The notes below the pieces were generated by a model. The model had not been told where the DNA came from. It made no database searches and saw only the letters and a program-made list of their open reading frames with translations. A program made the translations under genes and the position numbers. Positions 1 through 9,188 of a stretch of 63,178 bases of DNA are shown here, piece after piece. Every line of letters begins with the position of its first letter. Position 1 is the first letter of the stretch. Source of the DNA: Oscillospiraceae bacterium. GTDB lineage: Bacteria > Bacillota > Clostridia > Oscillospirales > Oscillospiraceae. Where the stretch lies: NCBI GenBank assembly GCA_017537165.1, contig JAFYLI010000125.1, positions 1 to 63,178 of the forward strand. The letters run 5' to 3'.

Positions 1-450
1 AAGATTAGCGGCAGAAATACCTGCAGCTTCTCCGCTTGCATTCGGGAATTCGATGGTCAGGGAGCCATCGCCTACAAATGAAAGATCTTTGTTGAGGCTG
101 GAGTCGCCTGCGTAAATACCGATACCGTATTCCTCATCAGTACAAATGATCTTATTTTCGCCAATCAGTTGAATATGTAGGTCGATCGTTGAATACACCA
201 CGGTATCTTCATACTCAATGGTAGCATTGTTAAGGGTGAGGAGGTTGTTGCTTTCATCATAGTACACAGTGCCGTCACCCAAAATATCGTCGTCATTATC
301 TCTGTTAATGGCTACACCGGCAACATAAATGCCATACGGGTCTTTTGCAAAATACAGACAGAAGAAAAAGGCAAAAAATGCACTGATAAGCATAGTAATT
401 GCAAGTAAAATACTAATGATAATCCTAAAGATTTTTGTTCCCTTTGTCAT
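1..450 (-). CDS. hypothetical membrane-anchored protein, N-terminal 150 codons only (ORF runs off the window start)
   Basis: ATG at 448-450 preceded by a GGAAAGGTG RBS. The minus strand is open down to position 1. N-terminal hydrophobic helix IIISILLAITMLISAFFAFFFCLYF. Absent from the ORF track because there is no stop codon in the window. Confidence 0.5.
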   Translation of the reverse strand, partial: MTKGTKIFRIIISILLAITMLISAFFAFFFCLYFAKDPYGIYVAGVAINRDNDDDILGDGTVYYDESNNLLTLNNATIEYEDTVVYSTIDLHIQLIGENKIICTDEEYGIGIYAGDSSLNKDLSFVGDGSLTIEFPNASGEAAGISAANL

Positions 451-488
451 AATAAGCACCTTTCCGTTTTCATTCGTTTATGTGTTTC

Positions 489-1376
489 TTAGTTTTCTTC
501 CACGATGAGTTTGACAATACAATTACCGAACTGATCTTCAAGTTCATCTTGCATTTGCTTTTGGAGGTTGATGACACCTTCAACCTTTGTATCCCATTCA
601 AAAGAAAGGTGTATGTCTATTCTTGTAACATCTCCGCTCTTATGGGAATTGATGGCATAAAACTGTGAGTAGCTATCATAGTGCCGGGTCAATATATTCA
701 GTATCTTCATTTGATCCTCTTCGGGAAGTGTCTTATCTGTCAATTCGGTCAATGCTTGTCGTATGCGCTTGACGTATCCGACCATCAGATAAATCGCAAC
801 AAAAATACTGACTACAGGAGCAATGTATCCTCCGATGGGGGTAGCCCGAAGCAACCACATTGCAAAAAGAGAAACCAAAGCAACACTATCAAACAATAAT
901 GCGGAAAGTGCTTCGGCATAATTAGATTTCGAAATCGCACTATTGTGAATCTTAGTGATTTTACGTTGCTTAACGAAAAAAGCGGTATCAAAGCCAACGT
1001 TGATGATCTTAAGTCCTACTACGGCAATCACCAAATCACTTGGCTGTTCGGGGATGATAATTGCCTGAACTGAAAAACCGAGTGTGATCAGCAATCCGAA
1101 AAATCCCATGCCATCGCAGAGCAACGAAGCAATGGCTTCAATTTTTCCTACACCGTAGTTATATTCGTATCGCAAATCTTTGGTCAATTTTCTTGAAAGA
1201 AAAATGATCAATCCAAGACTAATCAGATACATGGAGGAGTCAAGCAAATCAATATAAACAAGCAAATTCCTTGAAAGGATCGCCGATACCACAACCGCCA
1301 CAAAATTAGGCGCTTCTGCCAACAACTGGGCAATGGATAGATTTTGTTGTTCTTTATAACCAGATTTGTTACTCAT
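489..1376 (-). CDS. cation diffusion facilitator (CDF)-like cation efflux transporter
   Basis: 295-aa ORF with an AGGAGG RBS. Several TM helices are followed by a soluble C-terminal domain (DVTRIDIHLSFEWDT...), which matches the CDF layout as I remember it. Confidence 0.6.
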   Translation of the reverse strand: MSNKSGYKEQQNLSIAQLLAEAPNFVAVVVSAILSRNLLVYIDLLDSSMYLISLGLIIFLSRKLTKDLRYEYNYGVGKIEAIASLLCDGMGFFGLLITLGFSVQAIIIPEQPSDLVIAVVGLKIINVGFDTAFFVKQRKITKIHNSAISKSNYAEALSALLFDSVALVSLFAMWLLRATPIGGYIAPVVSIFVAIYLMVGYVKRIRQALTELTDKTLPEEDQMKILNILTRHYDSYSQFYAINSHKSGDVTRIDIHLSFEWDTKVEGVINLQKQMQDELEDQFGNCIVKLIVEEN

Positions 1377-1387
1377 CTTTCCACCTC

Positions 1388-2347
1388 CTATGCACTAATA
1401 ATTTCCGAAATTCCGAGCAAGGCAATACCTGCCATCACGAATGCCACACTCAGATACTGTTTTCTTGTCAATCGTTCTTTTAAGAATATACGCGCCAATA
1501 TGATTGTTACAAAACAATAAGAAGAGGCTATGGGTGCTGTAAGTATTGGGCTGATTCCCACAGCGACAGTAAATGTCAATGTTCCTAAAGTCTCGCAAGC
1601 TGCAGCTCCGAGGCGGGGCAACTCTGTTTTCTTAAAAGGATTGTACGCATGTTTTTTAGCAATCAGCAAATATAGCCATACGAAAGCGCCGATTAGCGTA
1701 AAACCCAAACACTCGAAGAAAAAGAAATCTATATCGGGGATATTAACATCCGCTTCTCCGGATACCGTAATGCCCATTGCCACCATTGATGCCGCATCTG
1801 CCAAATTGTAAGCAATCGGGAACAGTAGTGCCAACGCACCGAGACGATGCTTCTTTTTATCTTCGGCAAGGTTTATTTCCTGCTTGGATAATTTTTGTTC
1901 CTGAATTCCAAGAAGTATAACACCCATTGTAATCGCAACCGTACCGATTATATCCAGAATGCCAATACTGTCGGTGACATAGCTACGGCCCGTAAAAAAG
2001 AAAAATATGTATAAGATAATTGCAGTAAGTGCTCCGTCTATATTTTCAAGCGGAGATACGACCGATGCATCAAGATGCTTTGCACCCAGAAGGCCAAAGA
2101 ACATTGCCACCACATAAAATACGGTTACAGGAATCAGATATAGGTTGTCAGTGAGCATTCTGATGGAATCGAGCAAAGTCTCCGAGGAGAAAGCTGCTAC
2201 AACACCTGACAGAGCCGCCACTAAACCGATCCATATAAAGGTTTTATGCTGAGACAATGAATCGAAATAATCTAATGATTTTTTTAAGAGTATGTCTGTG
2301 ATGCCCCACAAAAGGATGCTGGAAAGCGTGAGCATTAACCAAGTCAT
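1388..2347 (-). CDS. EamA/DMT-superfamily-like polytopic membrane transporter
   Basis: 319-aa ORF with about 10 hydrophobic segments arranged in two halves. No strong RBS. It is preceded by a short uORF. Confidence 0.55.
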   Translation of the reverse strand: MTWLMLTLSSILLWGITDILLKKSLDYFDSLSQHKTFIWIGLVAALSGVVAAFSSETLLDSIRMLTDNLYLIPVTVFYVVAMFFGLLGAKHLDASVVSPLENIDGALTAIILYIFFFFTGRSYVTDSIGILDIIGTVAITMGVILLGIQEQKLSKQEINLAEDKKKHRLGALALLFPIAYNLADAASMVAMGITVSGEADVNIPDIDFFFFECLGFTLIGAFVWLYLLIAKKHAYNPFKKTELPRLGAAACETLGTLTFTVAVGISPILTAPIASSYCFVTIILARIFLKERLTRKQYLSVAFVMAGIALLGISEIISA

Positions 2348-2490
2348 ATTTAGTTTGAGCGGCTGTAGCTGTGCTGCAACACACCCATACTCTCCTTTCT
2401 ATTTGAGCTACTTCGCATTTTACCGTTGAAAAGGCGAAGGTTATTCCCGCCTTTTGAGGTTATCGTAACACACGAAAAGATGCAAAAAGG

Positions 2491-2694
2491 ATGCAAACGC
2501 TCAAATTGACTCCGGAGAATATCAAAACCTATTACCGGTTGATCTGCGCTATGTTTCATTCTAGGGCTGTTGAGCTTGCAAGGAACGAGGTGCAGCGCGC
2601 AAAGAGCGTTTTAACCAGCGAAGAATACGCCACGCTTGTGAAGTACCTCTCGCAGGATGAAAGCCTTTCCCAAAGTCAGCTTTTTACTGAATGA
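2491..2694 (+). CDS. small hypothetical protein (67 aa)
   Basis: One of the few plus-strand ORFs not shadowed by a minus-strand gene. It ends upstream of the bidirectional terminator at 2762-2802. The RBS is weak. Confidence 0.3.
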   Translation: MQTLKLTPENIKTYYRLICAMFHSRAVELARNEVQRAKSVLTSEEYATLVKYLSQDESLSQSQLFTE

Positions 2695-2761
2695 CGGGCT
2701 CTCCAATTCCTGTACGATAGTTTTGTACCCCAAAGTATTTTGTGCTTATTTGCGCCAAAGT

Positions 2762-2802
2762 AAAAAAGGGCTTGTATCCAGAACAGATACAAGCCCTTTT
2801 AT
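2762..2802. terminator. bidirectional intrinsic terminator
   Basis: Perfect 13-bp stem AAGGGCTTGTATC/GATACAAGCCCTT (2766-2778 / 2786-2798), flanked by an A-run and a T-run. Confidence 0.8.
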
Positions 2803-2841
2803 TCGTCCTTCAAGTTTTTCTTCGTTCTTATAGATTAGTTC

Positions 2842-5790
2842 CTAACGCTTTTTGTTTTTTACAAGGTTCTCTGCCTCTGTTATTTGATGCTTCTTTGCGA
2901 TCCACTCTTTACGGCGACGATGCCACCGGACAGCGCAGAACACAAACAATCCCCAGAAGACAAGCGCCAGCACAAACGCCACCTTGACAGGCGGGTATAT
3001 GATTTTGGAAATTACCGTATCGGGGCCAACTCCATTCATGGCTGCGGAATTTACCAAAGCATACAGTCCGCGGTGGCAAGCTTCCCGCATAAGTGTGCGG
3101 ATATATGGATCGTTTTCATACTGCTCGAAGTTCAACAGCAACGTCAGGGATGCATCAAAAACGGTTGTTCCGCCGCGCAGACCGTCCGCAGCAGTGATGT
3201 AGTCGGTAGCAACATTGTCGGTAATGATCCAGCCATCGCATCCCCACTCATCGCGAAGGATACCCTGAATGAGAGCAGAGTTTCCACCGGACCATATAGC
3301 ACCCCAACGGGTATAGGCAGACATGACACCATTTGCATTTGCCTCTTCAAAGGCTTTCTGGAATGCTTTCAGATAAATCTCACGGGCTGCCTGCTCCTGA
3401 AGCCATACGCCCAGTCCCTGTCGGTCTGTCTCGCTGTCGTTGAGCGCAAAATGCTTGAGCAAAGTCGTTACGCCCAGTTTCTCAACAGCGGACACATAGG
3501 ATGCTGCCATCTCGCCGGAGAGGAAGGGGTCCTCTGAGAAATACTCAAAATTGCGTCCACCGTAGGCAGTTCGATGCGTATTGACACCGGGACCGTAAAG
3601 CGCCGAAATGCCGTAACGCAGGCAATCATTGCCAATCACAAAGCCTACCTGATGGATCAGTTCATTGTTAAAGGTGGAACCCATAACAAAGGGCGATGCA
3701 AAAGCAGTGGCAGACTGCTCGCCTGCCATATAGGAGGTGTTAAGTCCTGTCGGGCCGTTCTCGTCACGCGTTCCGGGAGATTGGATGGATTCTACCGCAC
3801 TGCGGCCATGGAATGCGTCGCGAATGAAATCCACCATTTCATCAAAACTCATCTGATCCAGTAGCGGCTCCCAATCGGGATCGTCATAGCTTTTGCTCAT
3901 CATGTCGTACAGGCGCAGACCGTTGTCTGCCTCCGTTGTAGGCATGGGGTAGAGATTCATATCGATCTCCGAGGGGTCGTAGTGGTTCGGCTGCAGATCT
4001 TCTATGAGCAGCTGTGTCAACGCTACTTTGGCATTTTCTGTGGGGAATGTACCTGTCCAGTCCGAGCGGCTGAGCCATGTCACGGTACTGTCAGAACCCT
4101 CATAAAGATTGGGATCGGACGATGATAGCTTCGTGGTAATGTCAGCGCCCGACACAGATACGGAATATGTCTGCGTGTCGGTTTGTGCCTCATTCCAAGT
4201 GTATACCATTTTGGTATTGCCGTTGGCAGTCATAGCACCTTCGGTGTTCTCCGGGGTGTAACCACGAACAGCCAGTGTATTATTCACGGCCTCATGGGCA
4301 TTATGGGCAACAGTGAGGTAATAGTCTCCGGCTTCCAGAATATATGTACCGTAGCCGTAGGTGTCGAAACTGGCCAGTTCCCGTCTGGGAACCGAGATGA
4401 TCAAGGTCTCGCTTTCACCGGGCGCAAGCAACTGGGTTTTACCATAGCCGCACAGAATAACCGCAGCTTTCTCTACGCCCATTTGCCGGTCATATTCGGT
4501 ATACGGGCTGTTGCCGTATATCTGCACGACATCTTTTCCCGGCAGTTTTCCAATATTAGTGACGGTAATGCTTATTTCAAAAGCATCCTGTACAGCATCA
4601 TAGTGAGTGTTCATACTATCCCACTGAAAATCTGTATAACTCAAACCGTAACCGAATGGGAAAGCCACGACATTTTCGTATTGATAGTCACCTGCATTGC
4701 CGGTGCCCATAACGAAATCTTCATAGCGGGTTTCAAAATAGCGATAGCCCACATAGATACCTTCCTGGTACACCTGATAGGCATCTGCGTTATCAGGTAC
4801 TCCCAACTCGATTGCATTTTCATAAGTCACGGGAGTGAAATTCCACATGGCAGGCGCAGCAAGGTTATTGTAACACCATGTATCGGACAGACAACCGGAG
4901 GGCGAAGCTTTTCCTGCGAGGATTTCAGCCAAACTGTTGAAACCGTACTGACCCGGTGTGCCCAACAGCAAACAGGCGTCCACCTGAAAATCCTGCAGGA
5001 ATGTCATTTCGAGGGGGTTCGTCGCATTTATGATCACTACAACGCGGTCGAACACGCCTTCCTCTCGCAGATGGCAAATCTGACGCATCATATCCTGCTC
5101 AGTTTCGTCCAGCTCCAAATAATTAAACGGATCATAATTAATGTCGCTGTTTTGACCACCTACGCGGGAAAACACAATAACCGCTGCATCGGAGTAATCA
5201 GTGAAGGAAGCCAACACCTGTTCTGTGTAGTCCTCCCACGGTGCTTCGTACTGCTGAGAAGTCGATGGCGCATACATAGCATCCTTGCGCATTTTGCTAT
5301 TGGGGATTTCGTTGTAAAAATCCCACAACTGAGGGTTGACGATAAAACCTTCTTTCTCCAGCGCCTCTTTCAGCGTATCGGCGTTACCTGCGTCCACTTG
5401 ACCTGATCCCGCACCGCCAAGCACAGGATTAACCGATGAAGTAGAAAAGAGGCTGATCCTGCTGCCTTCCGGCAGAGGCAGAGCATCCATTTGGTTGGAG
5501 AGCAGTACAATTCCTTCTTCGGAAACCTGGCGGGCAACGCTCTCGCCGTATGTCAAAGCCTCGGCCTCATCAGAAATTGCTGCAGGATAATAAATCGCAG
5601 AGGGATCTGCGTTTTCCATCTTCCAGGTCGATCCGGGCAGTACGAGCATAAAGTCGTTATCCAGAATGTGCATCATGGGCACAGTAACGCTGAAACACAG
5701 TGCAAACACAAGACACCAAATTGTCAGGCTCTTCCAAGGACGAAGCGCCCTGCGTTTTTCTTTTCTTTCGGTTTTGTTCATTTTCTCCAT
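2842..5790 (-). CDS. glycoside hydrolase family 3 (beta-glucosidase/beta-xylosidase-like), anchored by TM helices at both termini
   Basis: 982 aa with an AAGGAGAG RBS. GH3 catalytic-domain motifs KHFALNDSETDR and GWIITD lie near the C-terminus. GH3 C-terminal-domain-like and GYGLSYT segments lie nearer the N-terminus. TM helices at both ends (SLTIWCLVFALCFSVTV; VAFVLALVFWGLFVFCAV). Confidence 0.85.
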   Translation of the reverse strand: MEKMNKTERKEKRRALRPWKSLTIWCLVFALCFSVTVPMMHILDNDFMLVLPGSTWKMENADPSAIYYPAAISDEAEALTYGESVARQVSEEGIVLLSNQMDALPLPEGSRISLFSTSSVNPVLGGAGSGQVDAGNADTLKEALEKEGFIVNPQLWDFYNEIPNSKMRKDAMYAPSTSQQYEAPWEDYTEQVLASFTDYSDAAVIVFSRVGGQNSDINYDPFNYLELDETEQDMMRQICHLREEGVFDRVVVIINATNPLEMTFLQDFQVDACLLLGTPGQYGFNSLAEILAGKASPSGCLSDTWCYNNLAAPAMWNFTPVTYENAIELGVPDNADAYQVYQEGIYVGYRYFETRYEDFVMGTGNAGDYQYENVVAFPFGYGLSYTDFQWDSMNTHYDAVQDAFEISITVTNIGKLPGKDVVQIYGNSPYTEYDRQMGVEKAAVILCGYGKTQLLAPGESETLIISVPRRELASFDTYGYGTYILEAGDYYLTVAHNAHEAVNNTLAVRGYTPENTEGAMTANGNTKMVYTWNEAQTDTQTYSVSVSGADITTKLSSSDPNLYEGSDSTVTWLSRSDWTGTFPTENAKVALTQLLIEDLQPNHYDPSEIDMNLYPMPTTEADNGLRLYDMMSKSYDDPDWEPLLDQMSFDEMVDFIRDAFHGRSAVESIQSPGTRDENGPTGLNTSYMAGEQSATAFASPFVMGSTFNNELIHQVGFVIGNDCLRYGISALYGPGVNTHRTAYGGRNFEYFSEDPFLSGEMAASYVSAVEKLGVTTLLKHFALNDSETDRQGLGVWLQEQAAREIYLKAFQKAFEEANANGVMSAYTRWGAIWSGGNSALIQGILRDEWGCDGWIITDNVATDYITAADGLRGGTTVFDASLTLLLNFEQYENDPYIRTLMREACHRGLYALVNSAAMNGVGPDTVISKIIYPPVKVAFVLALVFWGLFVFCAVRWHRRRKEWIAKKHQITEAENLVKNKKR

Positions 5791-6144
5791 CGCTTTTTTT
5801 CTCTCCTTGGATAGCGTCTGAGTTTTAGTTATAGGAATTTTAGCAAGCGGTCTGTGTAACAGATAAATATTTCATCATACATCTCCTGCTCATCATGCGC
5901 GCCGTCTTGCGTGACAGCAAAAAATACAAACGCTTTTGTATTATTTAATATATCATAAAAGCCATTTTAAACAAAGAACTTGCTCACTATTTTTTGAACA
6001 GCGGGCAGTATCAATTTAATGACCCTTTATTTTACCACAACCAGCAAAAAATTTATCGTACTAATAGGAGAGAACGCTTTTATTATAACTGGATGCTGTA
6101 CCATACAGAATAACAACACACAAAATACATAAAACACTTTGCGA

Positions 6145-6196
6145 AACTCCGCTTGGGAGCAGGATGCCGCAGGTTCGAATCCTGTCACTCGGACCA
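6145..6196 (+). other. tRNA-like 3' fragment (T-arm, acceptor 3' strand, discriminator, CCA) with no 5' half
   Basis: GCAGG-TTCGAAT-CCTGT T-arm (6169-6185), CACTCGG, A, CCA (6186-6196). The complementary 5' acceptor strand CCGAGTG is absent from the roughly 400 nt upstream. Confidence 0.5.
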
Positions 6197-6197
6197 T

Positions 6198-6243
6198 ATC
6201 GAGTGTTCATAACGGATTTGAGTTATGGACACTCGATTTTTTT
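6198..6243 (+). terminator. terminator-like hairpin at the left junction of the element
   Basis: 16-nt arms ATCGAGTGTTCATAAC / GTTATGGACACTCGAT (one mismatch) followed by TTTTTTT. It overlaps the left inverted repeat of the element. Confidence 0.5.
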
Positions 6244-6299
6244 GCAATTTCGAGTTTCTTCGTTATGTACTGAGCAGGTTTTAAGCCTGCTCTTTTGTT

Positions 6300-7994
6300 T
6301 TATGCGGATTTGGTAATATACTCGACGGCTACACCTTTTCGTGTGTCTGACTTGTAATTACTTCCGCATTCGGGTATCTCAATATACCCAATAAACTTGT
6401 AATGAATCATCATCCTCTGACTGCGATTTTTACCAACGCCTTCAGTTTCATAAACCGTTATCTCATCTATAAGTTCCCGAAGAAGCGGTGCAGTCAGTTT
6501 TTGCATTTCCATAAATCTTCGGATAGCGTTGATAAACCTGTCTTTGTTCTGTTGCATCGTACCAAGATTGTTTATCCTATCGTTTAGGGTTGCAATCTTG
6601 CTTTTCAGTTCCATTCGCTCAACTTCGTATTTGTGGGACAACTGCATAAACCATTCATCCGTCACCTTGCCCGAAGCATTGTCCTCATAGAGCTTTTCGT
6701 AAAGCTCGGCAACCTTTTGGTTTCGTGCCGTACAGCGTTGTAGTTCGCTTTGTAGAGCTTTTTGCTCGTTGATAATATCCTTTTGTGTCTTTTGAGCAAG
6801 TAGGTCTGCAAAGGCTTCCTCGTCGCTCTGCAAGAACATCGCCATTCGCTTTAGTTCAAGCATTACAACTTGTTCTATGGCATCGGCTCGGATATAGTGC
6901 CTTGACTCACAAGTACCTCTTGTATCCACCTTGTAATTGGAGCAACTGAAATACTGAATATCCTTGTTTATGGTGTTTACGTGCGACCATAACTTGCTAC
7001 CGCAATCGGCACAGTAGAGCAAATCACAAAACATATTCTTTGGAGCGTTATCCGCTTTCGGTGCTCGGCGTTTGGTTTTCTTGGTGAGCTTCTGTACCGC
7101 TTCAAAGGTTTCACGGTCGATGATCGGCTCGTGAACATCCTTGAACACCACCCAATTTTCTTCGGGGTTAGGAATACGGGCTTTGTTCTTGAACGACTTT
7201 GAATAGGTCTTGAAATTGATTACATCACCACAGTATTCCTGCTGAGCAAGTATCTTGGCTATGGTTGATTTGCACCATTTGTACGGATTAGGCTGTGCTT
7301 TCTTTCCTCCTCTGCCAAGACCTTTTTCTCTCCAATAAGCCATTGGGATTAACACTTTACGTTCTTGCAGAATACGGGCAATGGTTTCGTTGCCTTTACC
7401 CTCCAAACACATACGGAATATATCTTGCACCACTTGTGCTGCTTCGGGATCTATAACCCATTTCTTTTTGTTTTCGGGAGCTTTCAAGTATCCGTATGGT
7501 GGCTGAGATAACGGCTCTCCTGCGTTACCACGAAGTCTGTGGGAGCTTCTGACCTTACGGCTAATATCTCTTGCATACATCTCATTCATAACGTTACGAA
7601 AAGGTGCAAGTTCGTTTTCGCCGTCTGCACTGTCCACACAGTCATTTACTGCTATAAAGCGGATATTTCTGTCGGGAAAGTAGGTGTCGGTGTAATATCC
7701 CACTTGCAGATAATCTCTGCCGAGTCGGGACATATCCTTTACGATAATCACGCTTACATATCCCATTTCAATATCCTCAAGCAGTTTTTGAAAGCCGGGG
7801 CGGTTAAAGTTTGTTCCCGTATAACCGTCATCCACATAACTGCGGGTGTTGGAGAAGCCGTGTTCCTTTGCGTATTTCTGCAACAGTTTCTTTTGATTCA
7901 CGATAGAATTGCTATCGTTATCCGTTCCGTCATCACGAGATAGTCGGCAGTATAAAGCAGTTATGCCGACATTATCTTTTTTCTTCGACTGCAT
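6300..7994 (-). CDS. large serine recombinase (resolvase/invertase catalytic domain plus recombinase and zinc-ribbon/coiled-coil C-terminal region)
   Basis: 564 aa. The N-terminus YCRLSRDD...IVNQ...VIIVKDMSRLGRDY is the classic serine-recombinase catalytic core. A Cys-rich segment (CDLLYCADCGSKLW...CSNY) follows. Confidence 0.9.
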   Translation of the reverse strand: MQSKKKDNVGITALYCRLSRDDGTDNDSNSIVNQKKLLQKYAKEHGFSNTRSYVDDGYTGTNFNRPGFQKLLEDIEMGYVSVIIVKDMSRLGRDYLQVGYYTDTYFPDRNIRFIAVNDCVDSADGENELAPFRNVMNEMYARDISRKVRSSHRLRGNAGEPLSQPPYGYLKAPENKKKWVIDPEAAQVVQDIFRMCLEGKGNETIARILQERKVLIPMAYWREKGLGRGGKKAQPNPYKWCKSTIAKILAQQEYCGDVINFKTYSKSFKNKARIPNPEENWVVFKDVHEPIIDRETFEAVQKLTKKTKRRAPKADNAPKNMFCDLLYCADCGSKLWSHVNTINKDIQYFSCSNYKVDTRGTCESRHYIRADAIEQVVMLELKRMAMFLQSDEEAFADLLAQKTQKDIINEQKALQSELQRCTARNQKVAELYEKLYEDNASGKVTDEWFMQLSHKYEVERMELKSKIATLNDRINNLGTMQQNKDRFINAIRRFMEMQKLTAPLLRELIDEITVYETEGVGKNRSQRMMIHYKFIGYIEIPECGSNYKSDTRKGVAVEYITKSA

Positions 7995-8222
7995 TTAGTC
8001 CTCCTTTCCGGCAGTCGAACACACATATTCTACTGCCATTTTACTCGGTGGTGATTCGTCCGTCAAAGGTACGAAATCACTTGTTACAATTCTTTTGAAA
8101 CGGTCGGTAATTGTCGGGTGGTTTCCAACTTTGGTAGTCTGAAATGACGAACCGACGATATACTTGACTCCGTTTATCACATACTCATTTTCTTGCTGTG
8201 CAAGACCACATATAAATTTCAT
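7995..8222 (-). CDS. small transposon accessory protein (TnpW-like)
   Basis: 75-aa ORF that directly abuts the recombinase start. Its position and size match the small TnpW-type proteins upstream of serine recombinases in Clostridia transposons. The family assignment is from memory. Confidence 0.5.
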   Translation of the reverse strand: MKFICGLAQQENEYVINGVKYIVGSSFQTTKVGNHPTITDRFKRIVTSDFVPLTDESPPSKMAVEYVCSTAGKED

Positions 8223-8231
8223 AATATTTCC

Positions 8232-9128
8232 TTACCTTTCATCACGATTTTTTCTTGCTCGTTCACGGCGTTGATAATCTTCGCCAATGAGCTTTAAGAT
8301 TGCATTATATACATCTTTTTGGGTATAACTCTTAGGGAAGAAACGGCGGACATCTTCAAAGGGAAAACTGATACGTTCCTTTTGGTTTGCCTTTTCTTCA
8401 CTCATAACGGCGAAGATCTTATCCGCATTTAGCTGACCTGTTTGAGATAATTTCTTTAGCCGCATTGACTGCGAGAGTGACGGAGTGCAGTCCTCACTCT
8501 CAATGATACTCATTAAATCGTACTGCTCCTGTTCTTTGATATAGGATAACTCCACAGCAGGAGTAAGTGCGATTCGTTCTTCATCCACAAGCTTTAACAG
8601 TTCAGGGATAAGGTTAGTTAAGCGAATATAGCGAAACACTTGGTCACGGCTTTCGTTTGCCACTTTGCCAATCTCGGTAGCGGTATCCGACTTTGTCGCA
8701 ACTTGCGACGAGGTTAAATCGGTTCGTTTGCCTTGCTCTTTCAGAGCCTCCATTTTCATTTTGTAAGCGAAGGCTTTTTCGCTCGGTAAAATCCGTTCTC
8801 GATGCAGATTGCTGTCCACAACGGCAATCGCCGCTTCGGTTTTGCTATAGGGATAAATTAAGGCTGGTACTTCTGTAAGTCCCGCCCTTTTACTTGCGTG
8901 TAATCTTCGGTGTCCCGATATTACTTCGTATTCATCGATGGTATTATCTTTCAGTCTTACGATAAGAGGGGTGATAATGCCTTGCGACTTAATACTTTCC
9001 ACAAGTTTCTCCATATCCTCATTGTCTGTAACTTTGAACGGATGACCGTCAAAATCGTGCAGTTTATCTATGGGGATACGGGCGGACTTTTTCTTTTTGC
9101 TTCCATTTGGAATTTCATACTGTGTCAT
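8232..9128 (-). CDS. ParB/Srx-like nuclease-domain protein
   Basis: Motif IITPLIVR...YEVISGHRRLHASKRAGL (ParB N-terminal domain). I prefer the ATG at 9126-9128 because it has an AAAGGAGA RBS; the ORF-track start at 9245 has none. Confidence 0.8.
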   Translation of the reverse strand: MTQYEIPNGSKKKKSARIPIDKLHDFDGHPFKVTDNEDMEKLVESIKSQGIITPLIVRLKDNTIDEYEVISGHRRLHASKRAGLTEVPALIYPYSKTEAAIAVVDSNLHRERILPSEKAFAYKMKMEALKEQGKRTDLTSSQVATKSDTATEIGKVANESRDQVFRYIRLTNLIPELLKLVDEERIALTPAVELSYIKEQEQYDLMSIIESEDCTPSLSQSMRLKKLSQTGQLNADKIFAVMSEEKANQKERISFPFEDVRRFFPKSYTQKDVYNAILKLIGEDYQRRERARKNRDER

Positions 9129-9172
9129 AGATTTTAATCTCCTTTCTGTATTTGATTTCTTAGAATGGGGTT

Positions 9173-9188
9173 TTAGGGATATCCCTAA
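9173..9188. promoter_or_regulatory. perfect 16-bp palindrome TTAGGGATATCCCTAA about 45 nt upstream of the ParB-like start (candidate operator)
   Basis: Read directly from the sequence. Direct repeats AATTACTCC (9244-9252, 9269-9277) and a 9-bp inverted repeat ATAGGAGTA/TACTCCTAT (9208-9216 / 9272-9280) lie next to it. Confidence 0.4.

Noticed and set aside
2350-2559. 69-aa minus-strand ORF upstream of the EamA-like gene.
   Set aside because: The full-length ORF has no RBS and spans a hairpin/terminator. Only its last 12 codons follow an RBS, and I report those as a possible uORF.
6145-6196. Complete tRNA or tmRNA gene.
   Set aside because: Only the T-arm, acceptor 3' strand and CCA are present. 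The required 5' acceptor strand CCGAGTG, the D-arm and the anticodon arm are absent upstream. The acceptor cannot form the G3-U70/GGGG features of tmRNA.
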